Assembly (NCBI GenBank): GCA_973895155.1 | Contig: OZ316894.1 | Span: 22,415,867 to 22,479,866 of the forward strand | Origin: Marsupella aquatica | Lineage: Eukaryota > Plantae > Marchantiophyta | DNA length: 64,000 nt | Reading direction: 5' to 3' | Shown: positions 26,221-38,714 of the stretch, one piece after another | Numbering within the stretch: the first letter of the stretch is position 1 | Layout of the letters: the number at the start of each line of letters is the position of its first letter | Made by a program: the position numbers and the translations under genes | The notes under the pieces: generated by a model | Seen by the model: the letters and a program-made list of their open reading frames with translations, nothing else | What the model was told of the DNA's origin: nothing | The model's database searches: none

Positions 26221-27362
26221 ATGAGGCCCTTATCCTTGGACCCCGTCCGTCTTCAGGCAAACCTTGCTGGGCGTATGCACACTTTCACCCTTTCCAGCAT
26301 CCTCACCGAGGCACCTGACACGGACCGAGCTCGGATTCTTTCTTCCGGAGGGAAGGGCGCAGGAGGCTGGCTTCAGGCCAATCCAGTCATTCCTCACCTG
26401 CGGATGTCTTCAGTGGAGTTTGCGACAGCCATGCGTCTTCGTATGGGCTTGCCCCACCCACTTCTTGCTGGTTTACCTCCTACTTGCACTTGTGGGAAGC
26501 CTTGTGATGCCACAGGTGTCCATCTTCTTCGATGCAGTTTGGGCGGCGAAACCATTTTTGTTCACGACGCTGTGAGAGATGCGACTGCTCAGGTTCTCTC
26601 TGGCTCTTTGGTCTGCGCGCGGCGGGAGGTGGTGCTCGAGTTACCTGGTCCTCCATCACAGCGGTTACGGGTGGATCTTACCATGGTCCGTGACGGTCAC
26701 CGTACTTTGGCAGATGTAGTGGTGGCAAACCCATTGCGCCAAGACATCATTGGGACAGCGGCAACAACGGCAGGGGCAGCAGCATCACGAGCAGCAACAA
26801 CGAAGGAGGCCAAATATGCTGCACGAGCTTCATCTGATAGCTTCCTACCCCTTGCTCTTGAGATATTTGGGCGTCTCCATCATCAGTTCGACGGGCTTCT
26901 TCGCCAAGCTGCTCGGGATGTTCACGGCCGGATGGGTCCCACCGGGCCCCCGCTATCTGTTTTGACCACGCACTTTCGCCAACGCATTTCAGTCACCTTA
27001 CAGCGTGCTCAAGCTCGGGCCGTCTATCATCGATCTCTGACAGTGGGTGCTAGTGTGACTCCGCAGCGGCTAGCCCCCCTAGAGGACATTCCTGTCCCAC
27101 TTGCCGATCTAGTTTCGACACTTGATGTAGACCACTAGCTTGTTGCCACATTTGCTAGGTATGATGAGGACCTCGGTCCATTTGCGGTAGTTTTAGTTCC
27201 TCTTTCTTGGTTTTTAGGGGTTTCCTTTTGCTCACTTCTTTTAGTTCCTCTTTCTTGGTTTTTAGGGTTTCCTTTTGCTCACTTCTTTTGCATTTGGTTT
27301 TGTCCAATTGGGACCTCTCTTGTTTATTCTTTTGTACTCTATTTGGCCATTTTCTCTAAAAA
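26221..27362 (+). mobile_element. 5'-truncated non-LTR retrotransposon with restriction-like endonuclease (CRE-like); ORF 26221-27138 plus T-rich 3' UTR
   Basis: RARILSSGGKGAGGWL..P...L.MS..EF..A.RLR.GLP, CCHC knuckle CTCG..CD..G.H.L.C, RVDL...D.VV..P...K..KY...FLPLALE.FG, QRIS..LQR. The 3' UTR has an internal ~47-bp duplication and ends in a short A run. Confidence 0.85.
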
Positions 27363-28008
27363 GTATGTGTATATTTTCTTACGACTCCTGAATTGTCAGC
27401 AAAAAGTGCATGCAAAATCTTCACACAATTTGCTAAGGCGAATATTTCATTCTTTATATGAGATTGCACGGTCGGGATGGTAAGGGCTGCAAAGGTTGGG
27501 GCCCAAAAGTGAGTTGGTTTAGCCCTGAGGATTGGCTTAATTACAAAGGGGGTGAGGTGGAGAAGTCCAGGTCAGTCCCATGGTCCACCTCATGACATGT
27601 AGGGCCAATCCTCACAAGCAAGACAGCCCTAAGAGGGCTTTACAAGGCAGTGGGGCATTGTCTCTCCATCCAGAGCAAAGCTTATACTCGCTGATTCCAT
27701 ACACGAAAGTTAAAATGTTGTGAGCCAAAATGTGTCAGGTCTAGGTCTGGACATAACTAAAATTAAAATGTATGAGCCAAAATGTATCAGGTCCGGAGAT
27801 AATAAATACAAAACCTTGACTAGAAGTTGTTGCTTGCTAGACTCTTTAGACTATCTCAAGAGGAGGTCAAAGTTTTTGACAAAACAGACCTTGCCCCATT
27901 CTTTTAGGTCACCTCAAGAATATATATTTCAAATCTGCTAAAAACACAAAAGACACCCTACCAGGAGACATCTTACTAGTAATTAGCAAGAAGGTACTGT
28001 ATACATTT

Positions 28009-28195
28009 AAGGCCTATGGTGTAGAGTGAAGCCTCCAGAAGATAACTCCCAATACAAACAAAAGTGATAATGAGCCTCAATAAGGACAAAACTTAGAATG
28101 AAGTTGGACAAATGTGACATTGACTCTCAATAAAGAGGGTGGACAAAAATCAAGGATGGGGCAAACTAAGATGAACCTAAATATAGAAATTATTT
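28009..28195. repeat. Uninterrupted copy of a ~190-bp unit whose second copy (28198-28229 + 29248-29390) is split by an insertion
   Basis: aaggcctatggtgta.agtgaagcct...taactcccaatac.aacaaaa.tgataatgag...aataaggacaaaactta...gtgacattgact is shared between the copies. Confidence 0.85.
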
Positions 28196-28229
28196 TTAAG
28201 GCCTATGGTGTACAGTGAAGCCTTTAGAA

Positions 28230-29247
28230 CCAGATTTAACCTGACGGCCTGGTTTGGACTTGTCGGACAAATAGGAGGATTTGGGACGACAAATGACATA
28301 TGTCGTCCCGGTCAATCCCGGCTGGGTGACAGGGTCGGGCCGGGAGGATGTGAAGCCAGGCCGGGAGAAGGGTCGGGGGGTTGGCCGGGTTGGGCTGGGG
28401 GATTGGCCGGCAGGGGGGTGTTGGGCCAGCCGGTCGGGAGTTGGGCGGGGAGGGCCGGTCGGGGGGGGGAAGAGCCGGGCCGGGAAAGGGCCGGGAAGGG
28501 AAGGGAAGGGCTGGGCTGGTCCAGGAAGGGAAAGGGCTGGGGGCGGGCCAGGCCGGGAATAGGCAATATTGGACAAATAGGTCGGGCCGTGAGGATGTGA
28601 AGCCGGGCCGGGAGGGTCGGGGGTTGGCCGGGTTGGGCCAGGGGCCAGGGGGGTGGGGGGGTCGGGCTGGCCGGGAGTCGGGTGGGGAGGGCCGGTCGGG
28701 GAGGGGAGAGCCGGGCCGGGAATAGGCAGCCAGACAAGGCCGGGCCGGGCCGGGAGGGTTAGGAGGAGTCCGGGACCGGGCCAGGAGGGGTTGGGAGAGT
28801 TTGGGACCAGGCCGGGGATGGGTCGGGAATTTTTTATCGCGGCCGGGGAATATTAGGGAATATTGGACAAATAGGCCATTTTTGGACGGACAAGTTGTCA
28901 TTTGTCGTGTTGGACAAAGACACATCTTGTCCAACAGTGAAAACCCGGCCTGACGGGCAACTTGATGCCTTGCTGGGCACATAAAATCATGAAATTACGG
29001 GCCAAAAACAGACAATTTGACACAAAGCCACATTCCGACCCTAAACCCCATCCATTCCCTAGCTTTCCCCCGGACTCCCTGGACTCCCCCAATCTAACAA
29101 GCTGGTGCCTCGGTTTGGGGTCACGGCCGGGCAGGGTTGGGGTTAGGGCTGGGGCCGGCCGGTGGGTGGAGGACCGGGCAACTGGGTGACAGGATGACGG
29201 TTTGATGGGGTTGAGACCCCCAATTTGCCCATCAAGGCCAAACCGGG
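28230..29247. mobile_element. Non-autonomous TIR DNA transposon (~1.0 kb, hAT-like 8-bp TSD) with G-rich internal repeats
   Basis: TSD ctttagaa (28222-28229) / ctttagag (29248-29255). Degenerate TIRs: ccagatttaacctgacgg vs reverse complement cccggtttggccttgatgg. It interrupts the second copy of the adjacent tandem unit. Confidence 0.7.
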
Positions 29248-29479
29248 CTTTAGAGGGTAACTCCCAATACTAACAAAACTGATAATGAGTCTGAATAAGG
29301 ACAAAACTTATTAAATGAGAATGGACAAAAGTGACATTGACTTTAAATAAGGAGGGTGGAAAATACCAAGGATTGGGCAAAGATGAATGGAAATAATTGA
29401 GAAACTCTTTTGTGCAAGATTTGTTTTTCTTCATATCTATTTGTGTTTGAGTAACCTGTAATTGGACTACCGGTAGTGA

Positions 29480-29825
29480 TTCCTCAGGCAAAAGACCCAT
29501 CAAGGGGGCAAACCCAAAAGGCCAGAAATCCAGAAAGAAGTGGGCAGCAACCCAGTTCAAGAACAACTGTGGACACAAAAACAAGCAAAGGAGTCCTACT
29601 AGAGGCCCTAAAACCAGCCACCTCACCTCTATATAGAATAGTGAAAGTCTGTGCCTGCTGAAGCACAATTGACACCGCTCTTCTTAAAAACGTCATGATG
29701 ACACACAGGGGGTAAGGTCTCTACTCAAGTATGTAAGAAACGGTCAAAAGATGGGTGAAGTGCCCCGAAGACCTCCACTGCAAACGGGTAGACAAGATCC
29801 TCAAGTTACCGCACAACATAAGCCT
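29480..29825 (-). mobile_element. Degenerate 3' fragment of a second CRE-like RLE retrotransposon
   Basis: Minus-strand translation YPFAVEVFGALHPSFDRFL (~29735-29790) and FLRRAVSIVLQQAQ..I.YR parallel FLPLALEIFGRLHHQFDGLL and HFRQRISVTLQRAQ..VYHR in the 26221 ORF; contains a stop and a deletion. Confidence 0.7.
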
Positions 29826-32072
29826 CCTGGTTAAGTCAAGCAGCTTGTGAACTCCAATTTATCTACAATAATTATCCTGTCAAAAGGCCTGCAAACTTCA
29901 ATATCTAAGCAAGAATGTGATCTTCGAAAAGTTTTGTGTCCTTGCCCTTTTGCACCATGCAGGATTGACGTACAGCAGTGTACATATATGTTACTAGATG
30001 AGCTTACTGTATTTCCTTTACAAAGGGTTACTATTTCAATCCTCAAATTTCACTTCCAATTTGCTGTGTCTGGGTATATTCGATCATATGCCCTTAGAGC
30101 TGGAAGTCTGATTTGGAGCCGGTCTTCAATGGTGTCCCCAAAGATCCTAAATGTTTTTCTGTGTGCTAAACGTTAATTCTCAACCAGAAACCCGGACCCA
30201 CTTTCCAAGCAAAGATAGATGACTGTGTTTGTTGTCAAAGGTTCTCGAATTGTCGACAGAATTGAGCTTCTATTACGTCCACAGTGCTGCTAACCCGGGC
30301 ATGAATGAATGAATTGTTCTTGTTCAAGGCTCAAATTTCCAAACGCGTGACAAATCAAAGAGGATTCGAGAATGATTGCAATGGCTGTGGCCACACAGCT
30401 TTCTAGTGCACAAACCCATCTCAGTGCTGCAACCTCCTCTTCTGTCCATACGCACAGCCTCTGCGAGAAGAGGAGCTGCCGTCTGACTGTCGCAAGCTTT
30501 GCTGACGTCCATCTTCTCCTTGCGTGGTACACCGATGGAAATGTTTGCCAAATTGCTATCATCTTAGCAGCACAAGTGGCCGAATGATTCGGATCTAGGT
30601 CAGCTTCAGTGGTGGAGGAGGTTGCAGAGAGCAGGGATGAAACGGCTCTGGCGGAGGCATTGCTCGGAATTGCGAGCCGTGGAAGGGCATATCGCCTGAA
30701 CAATTAGAGGTATCATCAGAGTAGTGGAATCCCTGTCCATTATGTCGCTTTGGACTATGAGTCTGCCAAAAGGGTTTTGAAGCTGAACTTTGGGTCAGAA
30801 TCTGAGGAACAGAGTTTTCACCATTTTTCATGCACTTCAGAGTACAATAATCGAGATCATGAAGAAAACACAGACCCAATATACAAAGAAAGCGAGCGGG
30901 AAATGTACACTTTGAGGATGTATGCTTGATGGCAGCATCTGGGCAAACTAAAAAGCCTTGTCAACCCATCAAAAAAACGAGAAACCCCAAGAAAGTAAAG
31001 AGGAGATATAATTATGAAGAATTTGTAATGTGCTGTGAACAGATTTGTGGAGGCGAAGTAATTAAGAATTGCAACCTTTGCCGCTGTGACACTGCTCTCA
31101 AGTAAAGCCTTGGCTAACCAGCTATGACGTGCGAGTTCTCTGTGGATGGTCCTTTCTCAGTTTTGGTATGCGAAGCAAAATCGTTGCTTGTTTGTCATTG
31201 CAGATACCTATGTACTAAAAGATCCTAAAGTTTCTGTCCAGGACAACGGGGTAAGTTTTAGCGATACGTAGAGATTAATAGAGTACTGATTGCATGGCAG
31301 GAAGAAGTCTGAGCGAGCGTAGAGAACGAAAAACGTATCTACCGCGGTGAGTATATGTTTGTTCGAGGTAGGAAATTCGATGGAAAACACTCTAATTTCT
31401 TGAGAGTGCTCAAAGAATGAAAGACAGCTTATAACAAACTTCAGAGCCTGATGTAGATGTAGTGCGAGTAATCTACCTTCCGCACATGAAATTGAGTGTC
31501 CTTGGTAATGGATATGTAACTGTCTGCTACTGTCTGTAGGGCACTCGCTTCCCGCTGTTAAGAAGTCAGCTGAACCGGTGACAACTGTACCATAGAAGTA
31601 TTTCCAGCTATCTTACTTTCGAACTGCATTCATTTCCTGTCAGCTACCGAGCTGAAATGTCATGTTTTAAGACCAAATGTTAAGATGTCAAATTCGACCA
31701 CCTTGAGTTTCTCTTTCGTTTGGAGGTTCTGCCAGTAGTATAAAAGTCATTTCTACTCTCAGCAATATACGTAATTGCAAATGAGCCTCGCACTGGAAGA
31801 TGGGACTATTCCCTCGTTTACAAGCTCACAAGTAGGCACTCTCCGTGCGGCTCAGCGGTAATTCCCCCTGTTGTGAAAACTCTCAGGAATTATAAGATCG
31901 CATGGAAGACAGTGTGACTAGTGAGCTAAGCAAGCCATACCAAAGAAATTGCCAATGTGTTGCTATTGGGAACTCACTTTCATAGGGACAACGTAATTGC
32001 AGAGAGTATCGATAATGAGGAAATCAGAGTCCAAGCCATCAACTGATATAATTAGCAACAAGTAGTAGATTG

Positions 32073-32222
32073 TGTACACCATCAATCCTAGAGAAATCAG
32101 TAATGCCACTAGACAGCGGAAGCTACACCATCAATTCCGAAGAGTTCGGTTAGAAATGAGTGAAGCCACTAGAAATTGGAAGCTACACACCATCAATCCC
32201 AGAGAGATCGGTTATGCCATAG
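32073..32222. repeat. ~50-bp imperfect tandem repeat, 3 copies
   Basis: tacaccatcaat....gaga..tc.gt.atgcca.tag...ggaagc repeated. Confidence 0.7.
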
Positions 32223-33217
32223 GTCATATGAAGGTTCGCGCGGAAGAAATTCAGTCTGCTAGGATTTCAATAACAAGGTTACAGCTGCCAGGATAATTGC
32301 ACCAACGATTTTATAATATAACACCTTTCAGATATAATTATCTGCAACAATTGGCCCATGATGTTTACCACCCCAGCCCGAAGGTCTACCAGACTGGAGG
32401 AAAAAAATGAGTACAAATTCTAGATTTCTCGATTCTCAGTAGGTTCTACATGTCCTACATCAGAAGTCTCCAAGAGAACTACTACAAGAACAGATTATGC
32501 GACAGATCACGCGACTGGAGTTATCATAATATAATCCGTCCAGGTACTAGTAACCAGAGTAAATGGTTGTGAGCTGCACTAGTTGTCCTCGTCATCATGG
32601 CTACTAACTAATGGTATATGCATCAATGGTCCTAACAAATATTTTCTACCAATGCTTGGAACCCTTCTGAATCTTAGGTTGGTCAGGGACCTGCTACCTA
32701 GAATTTATCTACAATCATGAAAATCGTCCAGGATTGCATTTACAAACGCCGCCCGTATGTACAAAAAGTGTGAATCAATCTCAAGTTTGTACAGAAAGTG
32801 TTGTCATGCACCGCTTTCTCCTCTTTTCCTAATCCACTGGCCGGCATCGTCACGCGCACGTATGTACAGAAAGTGCGATTCATGCACCTCTTCCACTCCT
32901 CTTCCCCTGTTCCACTGGTGGGCATCTTCAGGAAAGAAGACACATTCCATTTTGCTGCTTTTTGACAATTGGCACATTGAAAAGACCGGACAGATACCTT
33001 TCCTCTGACGAAGCGGAATCGTTCACAAAAAGCCTAACCAGATAAGAAAAAACCCATTTCTTGTCAACCCCATCTAGGCTGGCGGCAAAGGAAGGTGTTA
33101 CCCCCGCTGACGAGGTCACGTTTCCCATCGAATCGCTGCCGCCCATAATTGGACAGAGGATGTTAAACAATAGTGGCATCTTGTATAATGCTCGGTGACA
33201 AGTGGCATGTGTCGGTA

Positions 33218-36200
33218 CTACACAGTGATCATATGTACATCGGTCATTTGGTACACATCCAAGTTCTTGACATGGACGGGAGTACTTCCGTTGTTGAAGA
33301 GGAAGAGATGTGAATTTTCGTCGAGAGCTTTCGTCGGGTAGACTCTGGATGTCACTGCCTGCCTGCCGCCTTGCACAAAAGTCTCCACGATGGAGTGATC
33401 CACCTGCATTTGGAAAAAAGGCCCATCAATGAGTGATCAATTTAGCATAGCTTAGAAAGAAAGTAACTCAGTCACTGTTATGTGTGAAAATGAAGCGATG
33501 GTACAGAGGATTCGCAATTTCCAAAATATGAGATATCATTAAGACAACGCAGTAGTAAAACGTTACATACCAGAACGCGCATGGTCAGTTCGTTTTCAAT
33601 TGGCAAAACTGTGACGTAGCTGCCGTAAACAGTTTTGTCGAGATCCATCGCCAGAGACGATCTGCTCTGGTCACTGCACACACGGGTCGACCACTGTCCG
33701 TCCTCCTGGGAAGCGATGTAGAAGAAAACTGCGGTCTGCTCAGTTTGCGCATCGTCGGTATGGACGAGAAGTCCGAACGGGCCAAATATTCCCTTATGTG
33801 CTGACCCTCCTTGACTGCAATCGAACCCCTCAGGATTCACATTTCCAATGGTAGAAAGGTCTGGCTTTTCGAAAGTGATTTCCACATCCAACTGCATAAC
33901 ATGAGCGCAGAATTAGATGAGCTCTTACAAGTTTTGTCTGGGATTAACTCATCACATTATGATAAACATCTCCGAAATAGAAAGTCGCTAAAGTTTGTAC
34001 CATAACCTACATGCAAACTACCATTTTCTAAACGTTGTTCACAGAGAACGAAATTTGCTTGCACACACACCTGAGATCCATCACCTCCTGCGATCTTAAG
34101 AATATCTCCATCATTCAAGGTGATGTCTTGGTAACTAGTCTTGGCACTGCGCAAGCTATTAACCTCCTCCACTGGCCATGTCAGCAAATTTTTCTGGGTC
34201 ATATCGTCCAACCAAATCGTCCTTGGAATTGCCTGTTCCATCCGCTCAACGTTAGCACACAACATTAACAAAGGCTAGCTTGGAACCATTATCTAGCCTT
34301 GCCGACTGCAGAAAACAAGCTCCACGGCTTCAAGGATTTGTCTAAATATGTAAGCAGCTTTTGAAGAACAAATGATTGGGCAAACATTCAGCTTTGCTCA
34401 AGACCTGAGAGAGAAGAATGTACTGTACCTGAACAGAAGCCCATCCCTTGACGATGTCGTCTTGTTGAGTATCAGACTCGTTGACCCAACTCCACAATAT
34501 GCGTCTGCCGGTGCTGGCGTCGTAGAAACTCTTGGAGGCATAGAATTTTCCGTAATCGTATCGGTAGCCCTTGCCGAGGTCCAGAGCAGGGTCATCAACA
34601 GTAAACTCGTGGGTCACCGTGGAGTAAGTGCCGATCGTGTAATAATCTTGAGCAAGAGTATCCAAACTGGCCTTCAAGACGTACTTGTACGAGTCCAAGT
34701 AGTTTTCAGCTCCCAGTTTTGCGTGACCGAGTTTCTGAACTGCTTCTTTAGGTTTGTAGTTGACTGGGAAGAGGTCCACACACTCCCACATCCCTGAGCC
34801 GGTAACCTGGTGCAAATAGTTGGGAGCCAAATCCCACTTGGAGAAATCGCTACTGGTGTACAGAAGGGACATTCCATCCTTAGTTCCATCTGCATTATCC
34901 AACTTCGTTCCAATAATCAGCCTCCACAAACCATCATCCTCCAGCCAGGCAGTCGTGGGGTCTCTGAAATCATCCTTCTTGTAGCCCACAGGAGGCTCCA
35001 TGACTGGATTGTTCTCTGCCTTCCTCCATTTTCGAAGCAATGGGTCTGAGGGATCGACTGGGTAGGCCAAAGCTTGGGACTGGATAATCACGCCGTTCTC
35101 AGTTCGTCCACCAGTGTAGATGATCACCGGAGTTCCATCTTTCAGGATTGTTGCAGAGCCAGACCACACACCATCTATATCGTACCACTGGTCGGGATAC
35201 AACGCCACCTCCAGGTACATCCAATGAATCAAATCTGTCGATACCGCATGGCCCCAGGAGATGTTGCCCCAGACGGCAGCGTTGGGGTTGTACTGGTAGA
35301 AGAAATGGTAGTAGCCTCCATAGTACATGGGAGCTGCATAGTCCGAGAAATCAAGATTAGTAGTTTGTCCCTTTTAAGCAATCAAAGATACCCATTCCGT
35401 AAGCTTCTCACATTGCAGTACTACGACACAACAAGTTTTCTCCAGTTCTCTGGTGGCTACAAGACTTTTGTAAGAGAACAATGAGACGCGTAATGGGAAC
35501 TGTTGAGTAGCTCTACACTCCATTGAACAGGGTGGTCGGTAACATTCCATGCATGCTAGACCATACTCGATTTGGCAAAATTCCAAAACAGAGCGAATTA
35601 ACGAATCGTGGAAAGACTGTGGGACCAATCACCGCACCGGGACCACAACTGATAAGAAAGCCCATCGGGATTCACGATCAACAATTCAAAAAACCTTTGA
35701 TCGCAGAGCGAAACTGTGGAGAATGAGGATGATTTAGAAATTTGGCAGTTAGACAGTTTGCCAAGCTAAGATTGGATCAAAAGGTCAATATGTTAGCGGT
35801 GTACAAGGAGGCATGGGGTAAGATAGAGAGGTGAAAACGGGGTCTGACTTGACATCATAGAAACTCGGAGTGACTGACTCTGTTTCGCATCCGGCAGGAG
35901 AAGATAATTGACCAGACAGAACGTCTCCATTCAAAGAACACAGACAGAATGTCTTGGATGCTCACCATTGGGATCTGTTGACAGAAGCAAAGAGCAACGC
36001 GAATCCGGCCATCCACATGACAGAAGCCAAACAACAAGATAAACTTTGATCAGCCACATAATCTCTGCTGTCATCCATTCTATCAAAATCGCAACGTCAT
36101 GACAGAGCGGTAACAAAAGTAAAAATTGCCAATTGCCAATCAGCCGCCAAGGAATTATAAGAACTGCGGATTATAATCATTTGCAGCGAATTACAGTCTG

Positions 36201-36648
36201 TTGCTGAATTTTGGGGACCCAGTCACATATGGAGTGTGGCCTTACCGTTCATCCAGTTCCTGTCGGGTTGGAAGTGGAAAGTCGTTTTGGAAGCTTTGTA
36301 GAAATGATCAAAGTCGCCTCCGTTCACAGCACCATCCTCGACCCTCCATGCTGATTTCTCAACCTGAATCTGGGGGTCTCCTCCACCTGGAGACCCCTGC
36401 ATGCTCGAATTGTATGACACCACTGCTCCACTCACGAACAGGATGGTGGCAATGCAGCAGATCGATACCGCCAGAACGGCTGTCCAAGCGTTACTCTTCC
36501 GCTGCGAAGGCGCCCCATCCTCGTTGGAAACATCTGCGGGTATTGCAACGTAGTCCTCATTTACCCGTGAGATCCTCGCGCTCACTCCGCACTCGATGTC
36601 GTGCGATTGTTCGACTAACAACGGCGCTTCTATCTCAGAAGTCTTCAT
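33218..36648 (-). CDS. GH32 acid beta-fructofuranosidase, vacuolar-invertase type, ~661 aa; exons 36648-36246, 35974-35966, 35333-34429, 34232-34071, 33891-33571, 33403-33218
   Basis: FHFQP..NWMN|DPN|APM, WGHAVS, WSGSAT, FRDP, WECVD (V is typical of the vacuolar type), GWASVQ, GPFGLL, VDHSIVE.F.QGG. N-terminal EIEAPLL dileucine-like motif and TM helix. All splice phases are consistent. Confidence 0.96.
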
Positions 36649-37249
36649 TGTGTGTTATCTGAATTGACCAATGGTTGAAGAATGTGACAATTGAGCAAAA
36701 CCACCTATCTTCTCGTCAAGCAGTCTCCGTTCCTCCGTCACGGATGCGTTCTGCCCGCTTAGATTGCGGAAAACACTGTAGTCTACCTCCCCCTCGTTGG
36801 TGTTGAACGACTCCTGTATCACCGCCAAATACTTGGGACCCACAATTACAATTGTCGAACAGAAGCAGATAGGACACTCCCGACGACCACTGTTCACGAT
36901 GATTGATTATACTGGAATTCAACTGCCTTCAATCGATTGCTTCCTGGGATACCGATGATCATACTAACTCTCAAGTGAGACGGCTAAAAGGAAGGGCTGC
37001 CTTGCTTCGCTGCTACTGCTGGCCGTGCACGCTTCTCTCACTGAACAGCTCCCACACTTCGGTCGTGGGAACTATGCCGGACTGCTGGGACTTTATGCAG
37101 CAGGAAGGGAGATGGGTCCGTGAAGAAATTGAGGAAAGAAAATTAGCATTGTGAAGCACAGTCACCTATACCCGTCAGTTAATATAGATAGCAGTGGCAA
37201 CGACCTATCACAATAGGATGGCAACCTCACCCTACAGAGCCAATAGTTT

Positions 37250-37365
37250 CTCTGACTTGGACTACCTATCTATGCAGTCTGTCTGTCGTTGTGAGGAAGC
37301 AAACAAGCTCTGACTTGGACAACCTATCTATGCAGTCTGTCTGTCGTTGTGAGGAAGCAAACCAG
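37250..37365. repeat. 58-bp tandem duplication upstream of the invertase
   Basis: ctctgacttggac.acctatctatgcagtctgtctgtcgttgtgaggaagcaaac occurs twice. Confidence 0.92.
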
Positions 37366-38382
37366 CTCGAGAGATTCCATTAGCTGCTTCCGATCACTCC
37401 CTAATCGGGGGTCCCTGTTTTGCTCTCTGCAGCTGCAGACTGCCGCATCACCACCTCGCAACACGATTGCTGATTGGCAGCTAAATTAATTCCTGGAAAT
37501 AATCTACAGGCTCTGGTGACTGGTGAGCTTACATGTGGATTGCAAAAACACCCTCTCGTTTTTCAAAGATTCTTCATTCAAGCTTGGCGATAAAACAATG
37601 TGAGGAACAAGCTCGGTAGGTACATGCTCAAATTATTATTGTACAGGATTGCCTTTCCTCGTGAGTTGCCTGGTGTGGCATTCGATGTCGGCACTCAATA
37701 GTCTCTCCCAAGACCGTCTCCAAGTCAAAGGGATTCTCCCGAAATGGTCGGGACCCATAGGTTGGGACGAGCTCGCGGGGGAACCATCCTGCCTCCCACC
37801 CCCAACCCCAACCCCAACCCCCAAAAGGAAGGCCTGTGGGCTCGGTCAGGGGCCCCACTGGCACGGTGGTGTGCAGGTGTCCCCGTATCATTCGCAAGCC
37901 AATCGGTAGTGACATCTGGCCGTTTCTGCATTTGTCAGGGTTTGGGAGTGAAGTTACGTGGCCCCCTCTAGTATTACCGTGGTGACTATTAGATTCGCTG
38001 CAACAATAATAATAAATATTGAAAATTTTGGTCCGTGGGTTAAAGTTTTTCCGTGGGATAAAGTTTATTAGGTGGTCTTTCTGAAAACTTTTGCAATGCA
38101 TGTCTTAAAAATAATCTACTGAAGGTAGTTTAGTATAAAGTTTTATTTAAAAGAATGAAATCTAAAGCAGATAGGTAGTGTTTCTGACCTGCCAGGCTTG
38201 TCAACCAAAAACGTGTCTCTTCCTTGGTTCCTTGACATTTACAGGAATTCTTTCACAATGGGATTTCAGTCGACTTTAGACTATTCATAAGAAAAAATGT
38301 AGTCATAATTGAACAATTAAATGTGCTTCAAGAGAACAGACACCACATGTAACAGACTTTGAACCCTTGCGGCTCTAAGAAC

Positions 38383-38714
38383 TGTTAAGGATTGCTCTTA
38401 GTCTTGTGACTCATAGATTATGGCACTTAGGTTAATCACAGTTAGGGTCTTAGCTAAAATTACATTAGTCATGTGTGACCTTGTATATACAAGGGCTAGT
38501 GTCAGCCGTTGGGGTATGTTGCTTACTCATTGTAACGGAGCAACTTGAGGAAGAAGGAGAGCATGTGTGTTCATCTACTCTTGAAGTAAAGCTTGAGTGT
38601 TCGTGTGGACATAGCCTAAGAGAAGAGGTGAACCACATAGAGATTGTGTCGACTATGTGTGCATAGAACGAGTAATGATTGGATTATCATGAAGGAAGAC
38701 GTCATAATTCAACA
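38383..38714. mobile_element. Solo LTR, 332 bp
   Basis: TGTT...AACA termini, flanked by a perfect 5-bp TSD AGAAC (38378-38382 / 38715-38719); homologous to 40526-40857. Confidence 0.9.

Noticed and set aside
28196-28982. Several Pro/Gly-rich ORFs of 93-248 aa on both strands
   Set aside because: They are by-products of the GC-rich repeat, which has few stop codons; no protein-like features.
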